Origin: Coniocarpon cinnabarinum
Taxonomy: Eukaryota
NCBI GenBank assembly: GCA_051942205.1
Contig: JAVECO010000113.1
Coordinates: 1-64,000 of the forward strand
Direction of reading: 5' to 3'
DNA: 64,000 nucleotides
The translations under genes were made by a program, and so were the position numbers. Each line of letters opens with the position of its first letter. The stretch's first letter is position 1. Positions 10,818-21,592 of the stretch are shown one piece after another. The notes below the pieces were generated by a model that saw only the letters and a list, made by a program, of their open reading frames with translations, ran no database searches and had not been told where the DNA came from.

Positions 10818-11479
10818 GTTGACAGGTCTTTAATGTGTTGATAAGCGGTAATTTGCTGGATTTCAGACAACGAAGTGTCCACGATAGAGGCTAGAGACGT
10901 TGTAATGCGATTGATAGCTTGAAAGATGACCAGCGAGAACGAATGGGTGGATGTCGACGAGGAATTGGTGCGTAAAGAGACAGAGACAGTGTGTGGAAAG
11001 GATAGAGTCCAGTAGAGGTGGCTGAGAGCAAGTCAGAAAAGGACTAGGCTTCCTTGTTTGATAAGTTGAAGGTGTTGAACACCTCTCACCGCGAAGAACA
11101 CCTCCCAATCGGGCCTGTTGGGATGCCTCCCCATGCTGTTTTGGGATATCCAGGGCGCCGAATGTCATATGCCTTGGCATTCCCTATTGTTGTGAAGGTT
11201 TGCAGGGCATTGAGGAAGTGTTTGGAGTGTTTGGAGAAGAATTGGGCGAGGAGCAACCAGACACGGTGGAGGAGGAGTATAAATATTGGAAAAAGCGGCT
11301 GACAGAGTGATAGAGAGATATAAAAAGAATGGTTATGTCATTATGGTGAGTGAACGATGCCGGCGAGCGTCGCTAGCAAGATATCATTCTGATATTCACC
11401 ATCATCGCTGTGCGATTTAGCAGCTAACCCGATAATTCTATCCTCCTCACACAATTCCAAGCTTTGCTCGTACTCAAGT

Positions 11480-13176
11480 TCAACCGCTCAATCGAGTTCT
11501 CTTCCCAGGCGAGCCCGCGCCCGCCGTCGCATTACTCACATCCGCCAAAGGAGGCCGAGAGTCCGGCGGAAGTGGCCGCTTCACTCCAGAAGGTGGTCGA
11601 TACAGGGGCCGATTTGCTGCGCCGGGCATTCCAATTCTTCTCCCAGGATCCGCCGCAGGGTTAACGAAATTCGGCTGTGGTGGGGCACGTTGGGGTGGGA
11701 CCTGTGGGGTCATGGATTGTGCATTTGCTGGGGGTGCAGCTGGTGGTTGGCCGTTGGTCTGCTGCGGCTCCGGGCGTGATGGAAGCTGATCCTTGTTCGA
11801 CTCGGGCTTTGGCGGTTGCCCAACGATCGCACGGCCGATTGCCGCGCTTTTCGTGTGGTCGATACCTGGGGTTCGTTTTATGGATGGCGATTCGGCGGCT
11901 GGATTGAATTTTGGCAGATTTGCAATGGCTTTGTCGGAAAGAGTTTCTTCCTTGTTTCTGGCCACTGCACGCGAGGAGAAGAAAGTCGGTGTTGTGATCG
12001 AATTTGCCTCCACTATGGACGCTGGATCGACTGCATTGACCTGGTTGGGAGACGTGTTGCTTGCACGCAGCTGTGGCCTTTGTTGAAGATGTTGAGGGTG
12101 ATTTGATGAGGCTTGGGGTCGTCCATTTGGCAAAGGACCCACAGGCGGTGGCATTGCACCAGTCGATCCGGTCTGTGGTGTCTGTGCTGCAGCCGGCATC
12201 GAAACATGTCGCTGTGGTCCGGGTGGACGCCCGTTGCTCCCCGTGGAATCTCGAAAGCCAGGTTGATCTCCAGACGAAGAGCCTCTGTCAGGCGCCAGCT
12301 CCACTCCATCGAACAGGCCACCGGCACCAAAATCGTCCTCCACCTCACTTGGCTGTGATTCTGGGTGATTATTGTTGGCTCTGGCCGGTGTCTCTGGATG
12401 TGAGACTTCTGCCACAGGCTCCCTTTTGACAGGTGCATAGTCTGGGTGCCTGTGTAGGCTCGTTTCGTCAAATTTTGAAGGGGCGATCTTGATCTTCGTC
12501 ACTTTGGAGAGGTAGTCCTTGTCATACAGACAATTGCCAAGAACCTTGCCAAAGTTTCGCAATGCTCGTTTCAATGCATCTGTCACTGCTTCTTTTCTAG
12601 CCTTTTCGAAGGCTGGAGCCTTGCCTTTACAATTTTCGATATGCCCGTAGCCCATGTCCTGTACATGTCAGTCAAGCGAAGCGACATTTACGGCTGCTTT
12701 TTCGTACTTCGTGAAACGTGCCATCTCTCAAAGTCACACGCACGATGACCGACATCCCTAGGGTCACCTTGTTCGTATTCTCAGAGACGTCCACCTGAAT
12801 GCTGTAAGCTCAACGGCCAGTCAGACTCTTTGCGCTACTTCCCACTCACGAAGTCAATCTCTGATCGCTGAATGGAGCTTGACCAGCCATTAAAGCCAAA
12901 AACCTCATTGGCCAAGTTGATGACTTTCTCGGCAGCGAGGTAATGCACACGGCCTCCGCCAGGTCCGGCTCGTGTTGATATGTACTCGGGTCCAAGCTGT
13001 CTGTCGAGTCTGCTTTGCAAGGTTGCGATCTCAATTGCGGTGAATTCACTGATTCGGGAGACAGGCTCGTCGAAGGGATTCTTGATCGCGCCATGGAGGT
13101 GCTGTTCACCAGGGCTATGAGGTTTCCGTCAGCAAATTCGTAGAGGTGAAGAGCTAATTGAAGCATACGCAGGCAT
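11480..13176 (-). CDS. RAD52: DNA repair/recombination protein Rad52, 3 introns
   Basis: LQSRLDRQLGPEYISTRAGPGGGRVHYL..ANEVFGFNGWSS..VRVTLRDGTFHE|DMGYG..AFEKARKEAVTDALKRALRNFG. First micro-exon is ATGCCTGC at 13176. Confidence 0.96.
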
Positions 13177-13276
13177 TATGACCACATCATCAGTCGTGAT
13201 CAAGCAAATTGGCAATTGGAGTGCGCTGTTGATGTTTACTAGTTGCTTCGTGCATCATCCAAGTCGAGGCAGCATC

Positions 13277-13282
13277 ACGCGT
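13277..13282. promoter_or_regulatory. MCB-like element (ACGCGT) in the RAD52/RecQ divergent promoter
   Basis: Exact MluI cell-cycle box in a ~450-bp intergenic region between two DNA-repair genes. A single 6-mer can occur by chance. Confidence 0.4.
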
Positions 13283-13628
13283 TCCTAAATGCCAAGTCGT
13301 AAACACGTAGTCACGTGATCTTCAGTAGCCCTTGCCACTGCTTCATCACAGCCCTCTCCTACACGGCTGGATGGGAGCGAAGAAGCTTCGTACCGATGGA
13401 GACTTCTCACAGTGTCATTTCTAGTATCCCGTGATTGATTTCGAGCGGCTCTTGCCCGCGCATGCGTGAGATTATTCCTGATGTGCAGTCAGGACATGCA
13501 TCGAACAAAAACGAGGCATAAGTGCAGCAGACCTCGAGGGAAGCTACGACCGTCTATGGAGCTAGACAGTTTAAGATGACACCTAGTATCCGCTATCGAA
13601 TCTCATTGATATTGCCAGTACTATCATC

Positions 13629-15101
13629 ATGGCCCGAGTGCGTCGGCAACGGCAAATTGATCTCGAGTTCACCCTTCGACGCGTCTTCAACAAAACATAT
13701 TTCAGGCCCCTGCAGCGGGAGGTCATCCAAGCCACCTTGGATGGTAATGATGTCTTTCTTCAGGCTGCAACGTCTTTCGGAAAAAGCATGTGTTTTCAAT
13801 TACCCGCCATCGTTGACACGGGCATCACCATTGTGATCTCACCGCTACTGGCGTTGATGAACAATCAGGTTACTGCACTGCGCGAGAAAGGTGTCGAAGT
13901 GGCCACACTCAACTCGCAAACGCCGAAGACAATCAAACATGAAATTCTTGCTGACTTGCAGTCCGGACATCCCTATGCTCGCCTTTTATACGTCACTCCA
14001 GAATATTGTCAGCTTGACTCGTTCCGCAAACTCCTGGTCACTGTACACAAGCAAAACGAACTGTCCCGTGTGGCAATTGACGAGGCACATTGTATCTCGG
14101 AGTGGGGTCATGACTTTAGAAAGTCGTTTCAAGAGCTCTCCTGGTTCAAGCAGACGTTTCCGGATGTGCCTATGATGGCTCTGACTGCTACTGCAACAGC
14201 TCGCGTCCGCAACGACATTATCAGTACGCTCGGCTTAGATGTGAGATCTCTCAAGATTTTCCAGATGACCACCTCACGGCCGAACCTGCATTTCGAATTG
14301 CGCTTTAAATCAGACGAAGAAGATCACTACGCTGGCTTCTTGCATTGGCTTCGGTCCGTACATGCAAGGAGGGCCAAGAATTTTCATCGTGCTGCGGACC
14401 TTGCAGCTTCTGGCCTCCGCGCAGACGGCTTCTCTGGCATCATCTACACCTTGTATCGTCGAGATTGTGAGGCGCTCGCCTCGCAGCTTACACAAGATGG
14501 TATAGGAGCGAAACCGTTCCATGCCGGCCTTTCGCCCGAGACAAAGGCGACTCATTTAGAGAGCTGGGTTTCAAACAAGCCTGGCTTCGACATCATTGTC
14601 GCTACCACGGCTTTCGGAATGGGCATTGACAAGAGTGACGTGCGATTTGTTGTGCACTGGCAATTACCTAAAAGCTTCGAGGGCTACTATCAAGAAGCTG
14701 GAAGAGCAGGGCGAGACGGCAAGGCAAGCTTGTGCGCCCTATATTATAGTCGAGAAGATCGTGATCGAGCGCTTGAAGTGATGAAGAGAGATATGAGCAA
14801 AAGACAATCCGCTGCACTCGGCGAGGGACGTTCAGAAGCAGATCCACAGTCTCAAGCAAGATTCAAGAGCCTGCGCGCCCTTGTCGAATACTGCGAGAAG
14901 TCCACGATATGTAGACACGCCGCCATTTCCCGGTACTTTGGGGAGGACGAGGAGGCTGCCGCACAATGTGATTTTGCGTGTGATTACTGCAAAGACGGTC
15001 AAGGTCTTGCAAAACGTAAGGAAGATGGCCTTGCCAGTGAAGAATGGTGCAGTACTCAAAGGCAGATTGGTGCGTATGAAGGCTACGATGAATACGACTG
15101 A
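13629..15101 (+). CDS. Short RecQ-family DNA helicase (helicase core plus Zn-binding RQC part), intronless
   Basis: FRPLQREVI, ATSFGKSMCFQLP, DEAHCISEWGHDFR, ALTATAT, ATTAFGMGIDK, YYQEAGRAGRDG and the CRH..CDFACDYC Zn site. No HRDC domain is visible. Confidence 0.95.
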   Translation: MARVRRQRQIDLEFTLRRVFNKTYFRPLQREVIQATLDGNDVFLQAATSFGKSMCFQLPAIVDTGITIVISPLLALMNNQVTALREKGVEVATLNSQTPKTIKHEILADLQSGHPYARLLYVTPEYCQLDSFRKLLVTVHKQNELSRVAIDEAHCISEWGHDFRKSFQELSWFKQTFPDVPMMALTATATARVRNDIISTLGLDVRSLKIFQMTTSRPNLHFELRFKSDEEDHYAGFLHWLRSVHARRAKNFHRAADLAASGLRADGFSGIIYTLYRRDCEALASQLTQDGIGAKPFHAGLSPETKATHLESWVSNKPGFDIIVATTAFGMGIDKSDVRFVVHWQLPKSFEGYYQEAGRAGRDGKASLCALYYSREDRDRALEVMKRDMSKRQSAALGEGRSEADPQSQARFKSLRALVEYCEKSTICRHAAISRYFGEDEEAAAQCDFACDYCKDGQGLAKRKEDGLASEEWCSTQRQIGAYEGYDEYD

Positions 15102-15547
15102 TGACTGCTTGAAAAAGAAAAAATATGAATGCTCTTCTCAAGCCTTGTCGAGCATCTGCACGCTCGAGTGCTACACCGAAAAAACGCCAAGAATAATCAA
15201 GCATCTTGACTCAGCCTTGTCTAACACCAGGCCCGGCCCTAAGCCTGTGAGAGGCTCATCCTGCGCGCCATGCAATACAGCCGTTAAGGCAAATTCAGCG
15301 ATGCATGGGACATGCAAGGCTGGGATTCCCAACACGGAGACAGAGCAAGACGTTCTCACGTATGGGCTTATCATGCGATGAGCCTAGACCCGAGTCGAAG
15401 CGGCCTTGCATGAAGCTCGCTTCATCATTCCCATTGTCTCGTACAAGTAGGCTGTTGAAAGACTGCAAAATTCTGAGTGTCCTGTGAAAAAACTCTAGCC
15501 TTGTGTCGACTTAGATCACTCTCCATAGCAAGAAACTATACGGCAAT

Positions 15548-16502
15548 ATGCCATTCCCATCAGCTCTCACAACCTCAGTCGTCCGAGACAATGGATTGAT
15601 GCGGATTCTGCGTGTCATACAGCTTGTGCTGGTTATCGTTGTCCTCGGTGGCAGTGCTTACAATATCGCTAAGTGGCGTGAACTCGACTGCACAAGCCCT
15701 GCTAAAGTTGACTACAATGTCGCAGCAGTCTGTACTAATGGAACACGTGGGCGAGTGTGCTTGCTGACAGCATGTCAAGGCAGCAATCAGTTTCCTCGTA
15801 TTATTGTATCTGATCGCCGCGACGGGTGTTCCGCGCGTCAAAGTACTGCCATAGCACCAATTCGTCCAGCTTGGCCTAGACGTCTTCCTGCTTGCGCTCT
15901 GGATCGCAGCTGCGGCAACGTCGACCGTCAGCTGTAAAGAGGCTTGCAATGCCTGCAGCAATGTCGGTGCTCTACACGATGTCGGCTGCGGATACTGTGA
16001 GTGTGCCTAACCGACCCAATCCGCGAAACACATCGATTATTGATATCAGGAGCAGATGTGGATTACGGAGACAAGCTTTGTACCTGTTACTTTGCCTCCG
16101 ACGACTACTGTGACGATTACTACTACGACGACTACTATACAGACAAGCAGAAGCGTGCTCTTTTTGATGCCAGAAATGTGTTCGAAAAGAGAGGCAGAGG
16201 GGCCGGAACAGTTTTTGGAGGCTTCAAGAATAGCAGCAGATTGGCTGTTAATGTGATATTACTGTAAGATCAAGTTTATGGAAACACTGTCCTTTTCTCG
16301 GCCAAACTAATGCGCAGCTAGGGTGTTGCTTGTCATCAGTACCGCTAGCACTTTGTTCCTCATCTATCATCGAAAGAAGACCTCGACGCCGGCGTCCCCA
16401 CCCGTTGTAGCCGCAGAACGCCAGGAAGCAAAACCCTCGAGTGTGCAGGAGCAACACCAGAGTGTCGACAATACCCATGAGGCATCTGAAAATGCTTCAT
16501 GA
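15548..16502 (+). CDS. MARVEL-like 4-TM membrane protein with a Cys-rich loop and an in-frame TAG at 15852-15854 (possible pseudogene or recoded gene)
   Basis: Four hydrophobic segments (ILRVIQLVLVIVVLGGSAY; AAISFLVLLYLIAA; LGLDVFLLALWIAAAATS; LAVNVILLVLLVISTASTLFLIY) are joined across 3 introns (15728-15779, about 15998-16055, 16264-16321). Confidence 0.7.
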
Positions 16503-17088
16503 CTCTGAGGCGCCGCTATGGTTGCCGACTTCAGCTGCGTCTTCGCATCACAATTTCCGCTAAATCAAGGAAGGACAATGACAAACCCACTCTATGGGGT
16601 CAGCGCTTCTTGTGTCATATTGTTTCAATGGCATGATACCGTGTGCGGCTAGGTGCAATAGGCTAGGTATGACCAGCGTATGGCAGAACAAGACAATAGC
16701 TTTGTGCATAACCACAATTGTGAGATTCTTTGTTACGTTTGACGCTTGACGCTGTAACTACACAGTGTATATGGAAAGCAATCTACTTGGAGCTTGCCTT
16801 CACCAAATCTCGCTCTGTTTTGCCTCAATATGTTTCGCATACGTTTCATCTCCTCATGTTGATTCTTGCTTCTAAGCAACCCTGAAAAGCCAATTTGCCT
16901 TGATCCAGCGAGACCGTACCGGAGCTTTCTTGCCAATCAAATTTCGCTTGTCGCCACGGCAATCTTGCCTTGAACCCAAGCAATATCACCTGATGTCAAG
17001 CAAACCGAGAAGTATCCTTCATCGACGCAAACCATCAATTGACCTAGCCATCAAGCCTCCTCCCCTTGCCGCTCCAACACCAAAGCCA

Positions 17089-17409
17089 ATGGCGGCATCA
17101 ATCGCAAATCCCACCAACGAGGGGACGAAATTCCACCCGGAAGCCGTCACTGGCGGCACCGCCACGACCAAGGAGATCTTCGCAGCCCACTATCCTGCGT
17201 ACAAGCTGCGTGTGCCCGGCGCAGCTGCTTCGTTCAATACCGTCCTCCCCGAGGACGTGACCAAGAAGGACTCTCGCACGACGACGAGTGCCGGCAGCGA
17301 TCCAGGTAAAACCGTCACTGCCGAGCCTGAATCTTTGTCAATCGCTGACCGTCTGCGTGGCGCTTTGAAGAATCAGACTGGCTTCAACAACCGAGGGACC
17401 GCCCGGTAG
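17089..17409 (+). CDS. Small hypothetical protein
   Basis: 106-aa ORF from MAASIANP with C-ending codon bias, convergent with the MFS gene. No family recognised. Confidence 0.5.
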   Translation: MAASIANPTNEGTKFHPEAVTGGTATTKEIFAAHYPAYKLRVPGAAASFNTVLPEDVTKKDSRTTTSAGSDPGKTVTAEPESLSIADRLRGALKNQTGFNNRGTAR

Positions 17410-17512
17410 TGCAATGGACACAGTGGTAAGATTGATCCGGTGAGTATGCTGATATTCGCTCTATGTATGATCCAACAATTCGAACTCAAATGCGCTGCGC
17501 TGAAGATTTGCG

Positions 17513-19254
17513 CTAAATATTTACCTTGAATCTCGTACTTAGTCGTATCCTCTCTCCATATTTAATCAAAACAAGAGGAATGGGAATCATAGTCAAGCTG
17601 ATGAATCCTAACAGACTGTTCCCCCATCCCAGCCCGAGCTTCGCGTACATTGGCTGCCCTGCCAACGGCAATACGGCTCCCACGATGGAGCGAAGAACAG
17701 TATTGGCCGCAATAGCAGAAGAGGCATGTACTGTAAAGGCGTCGACGAGATACGTCTGGATGGGCATGAAGATGCACATAAGAGCCACGCCCACGAAGAA
17801 GGTGCCGAAGATGGGAACGAACCAGTGGACATGATACTCAGCGCTCCAGCCTGGGCACGATTAGCTACAGCAAACCCCATTGATAAACAGACGGACGCAC
17901 CGTAGATGAAGAATCCAATGGGAACGCACAACCCCGCGGGAACGAGGAGGGGCAAGCGATGTTCCGGCTTCAGCTGCTCGCCTCTTGCTTTGCGCTTTTT
18001 CAAGTTGCGATCACTACCCACTGCAAAGGTGAAGACGCCGACGAAATTTCCAATACCGATTCCCAGGAAGCTCAAACCGGCGATGCCTGTTTTCCAGTGA
18101 TAGCTCTCTTGGAAGACCTCTGTCAGTGTAGTGAAGAGAAGATACAAATATCCATACACGACCGCGACATAGACAGCCAAGAACAAGACAATGGGCTTGA
18201 ACACCAGCATCTTGAGAGGCCTGACAATAGCACGTCTAAACGCGGCTGCCGGCGTGAGGCCAGAATCCATACGAGAGCGCAAATGAGGGTTTCCAGTCTC
18301 CTTGCGGAGGCGTTTCGCTTTCCTTTCGAGCAGGACAGGCGCGTAAGTCTCTTTGTTGAAGATCAAGAACAGGACCGTCACTGCACCTGCGGCGATGGTG
18401 CAAAGCCAAAAGACCCAGCGCCAGCCCGCCGCTTGACTGAGGAAGCCACCTGCAACAGGTCCCGCGACTGGTCCGATCAGCGGGCCCAGCGACCACAGAC
18501 TCATCGCTTTGCCTCTCTCCTCCTGCACAAACAGGTCAGCGACCGTCCCGCCGCCAATAGCAATCACAGTTGAACCTGCAATGCCTGCCAGGAACCGGAA
18601 GCCGATCAGCATGTTGAGCGAGGTCGCCACGGCACAAGCGATGGAAAAGATGACGAAGAAGACGTTGCTAATGGCGTAGACCCATTGCCGGCCGTAGAGC
18701 TCACTCAGGGGCGCAGCGACCAGTGGACCAGAGGCGTAGCCGAGGACGTACACAGAGACGACGAAGCCAGCAAGCAGAAGGCTTGTGCTGTGGAAGTCGC
18801 GCTGGACAAGAGGTACTGCTGGAGCGAAGACAGAGGAGGCAAGAGGACTTTCAAGATGTGAGATTGGTTCCGGGTTTGCGGCTCCTCGTGGTTGGGGAGG
18901 CGGGAATAAGAAAACTTACGTGACAAATGTCATTGCAGCCAGCAGCCCGACCAAGCTCCATTTCTTCTTCGCTGGCCAATTCTGTGCATTGAGCTGGTCA
19001 TCGTCGCCTTCGAAGTCGACAATATTGGAATCCTTTTCACGCTCATTGGCGTGAGCGCCCCTCTCGAGATCCTCTGGCTGACCGTTCTCGGGTGACTTGT
19101 GCGATGGCTCAGGGGACTGGCCCGCATCGTGAGAAGGCTCCACGCCATGTCGTTTCTGTTCCTGAAAGCCTTTATTCCCGTTGATGTTCTTTTCATCCAA
19201 AGACGTGGGTCGAGAATCATCCGCTGAAGATCGAGAGGACCCCACTGCTGACAT
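17513..19254 (-). CDS. MFS multidrug transporter (DHA1 family), 2 introns
   Basis: VDFEGDDDQLNAQNWPAKKKW, APLSELYGR, GGGTVADLF, GPLIGPVAG, WRWVFW, ETYAPVLL, PEHRL and LGLGWGNSLLG motifs. Confidence 0.95.
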
Positions 19255-20667
19255 GCTTCAATGGGGCTGATCGGAGGCTTCCGGTCTGTGACCCACAAAG
19301 CTGCCGGCAAGACCCGTGTGGCTGGTTCACGGTGTCTGGATGACGGCTGCCTCCGTACCAGCTTGGCAGAACCTTTTACGCGTAACAGGATGCAGACATC
19401 GGTACAGAAAAGAAAGAAAAGTAACGAAATAGAGCCTATAAACCTACTACATCTCGGAGACGCACCTTCCGAGCACCTCATACTACCGTACAACCTCTCC
19501 TGGATTCCTGGTCATTTTAGCGTGCTTCCAATCGCAGGGTCCAAAGCGAGAGCGAGAACTACAATGATGATCACGTGATTTGTTTCACTCCCACCCTCTG
19601 TGAAGTTTTCAATTACTCAGAGGATCATTCCATTTGCGGATCCGGGCGCCCGGACTCCTGAGGATTGCAAGTTGGCGCGTCTGGGCGACGCAATCCGCAG
19701 TATGCGAGTTCTCACAACATCTCAATGATCGTCTTTGCGAAGTATGCACATGGCTGTGACATCCAAGGACGGGCGTCGTCTTGACGGTGAAGTTTTGACG
19801 GCGATTGCTTGCATATTTTAGGGAAGAAAAGCTTGGACTCGACCTCTACGTCTAGTCAGATCAACAGGCTATTATTTTGTTCCATAGATGAGAGGGTAAA
19901 TACGAAACTATTCTATGCATCATGTAGCTTTTAGCAGCTTGCAACTACGAAAATCCCTCCTCGGGGCTGACTTTTGCTATCTTCAGGCTGAGCAAGGAGC
20001 AAAGGCCGAAGCTAAGCAGATTGAATCACATAGTCGAGTTTCATTCGATGCCGCGTCAGTCGGTATGCGCGTCAGTAATTGCTGGTTTGGAGGCAATCGT
20101 TGTAGCTGTAGTTCCAAGATTGTCAATGATAAGCGAACTATGAGTCGGTAACCCACATCTAGCGGCTGTTCAAGGCTTAATGAAAGCATAGTGCCATCCC
20201 TGGAGAGACTGAGCTATCATGAAAGGGCCTCGGGATTGTGAATGACTTGTGAAGCCGCGCAGCAAAGTTGGCTGTACATCGACGGTTGCCTGCTGAATTC
20301 CAGTTGGGCTTAGCGTCTTGTCTTTCTTAGCGCTCTAATCTACACAACCCTCGCTCACGAACCATGGCTACCTTCCCAGCTCATCGATACAACACCTTTG
20401 ACCATTGTGCACGCGGCTGTCGAATTAAGTGTCGCTTGTGATCAAGACACTAACGTGAGACCTGTGGCAGACACAAGTCACTCGCTCAATAGCCGGCCGC
20501 CGGCGTCTCCTCCGGACGGCCTTCGTGGCGGAGTGACGCGCCACTCGGCATCAGTAAGCGCTCGTACTGCTGCGTTCTCGTCCTTCCCATTTGGCGGACG
20601 AACCGAATAGCAATACAGTTTGGACTAACGTTACCCAGATTCCCGCTTCACTCATTCAACCGCCATC

Positions 20668-21592
20668 ATGAGCGTCGCAGACGTGCGTCGCAAGCTCGTT
20701 ATCGTGGGCGACGGTGCCTGCGGAAAGACTTGCCTGCTCATGTGAGTGTGCTTCTGTATCGACGCAATGAACTCTGCTGACAATCGTCACTACCATAGCG
20801 TCTTCTCCAAAGGGACGTTTCCAGAGGTACGCAGACACCCAACGTGGTTGTTACAGCAGCCATTCTCAGGAGCCGCCTGTCAACCTCATCTGATTGCCCC
20901 TCTACTCTACACTATTAAGTCCAACACAATCGACTGCTTCTGATCCGCCTTTTAGGTCTACGTCCCAACGGTTTTCGAAAACTATGTGGCCGATGTCGAG
21001 GTCGATAACAAGCGCGTCGAGCTCGCTCTATGGGATACTGCCGGTCAAGAAGATTACGATCGCCTGCGTCCTCTTTCATACCCAGACTCGCACGTCATCC
21101 TCATCTGTTTCTCCATTGACTCTCCCGATTCGCTGGACAATGTTCAAGAAAAGGTTCGTGCTCCCACACATACTACAACGTTGGAAAGACTGGGTCATGC
21201 TCACACCCGCTACAGTGGCAGTCTGAAGTCAATCACTTCTGTCCATCAGTGCCCGTCATCCTTGTCGGCTGCAAGAAAGATCTTCGCCAAGATATGCGCA
21301 CAATCGAAGAACTCCAGAAAACATCTCAGAAGCCGGTCACGCCCGAACAGGTTCGTTTTTGGCTGCTTCAAAGGTTTTCTGCTTGATCGTTGCACTGACC
21401 ACGACTATCTTGCAGGGAGAGGATGTTCGCAAAAGAATTGGTGCCGACCAGTACCTCGAATGCTCCGCCCGCACCACGGAGGGTGTCCAAAACGTCTTTG
21501 AAGCTGCCACCCGTCTCGCAGTCAGTCCACCCAAGAAGAAGGGAAGCGGTAGAAGTAAAGGGGACAAGAAGAGACTTTGCAACATCTTGTGA
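20668..21592 (+). CDS. RHO1: Rho1-type small GTPase, 4 coding introns plus a probable 5'UTR intron (20554-20638)
   Basis: [59 protein letters not shown], a polybasic tail and CAAX box CNIL. Confidence 0.9.

Noticed and set aside
15843..15854. 12-nt GT...AG (GTACTGCCATAG) that would remove the premature TAG in frame
   Set aside because: Far too short for a spliceosomal intron and has no branch site.
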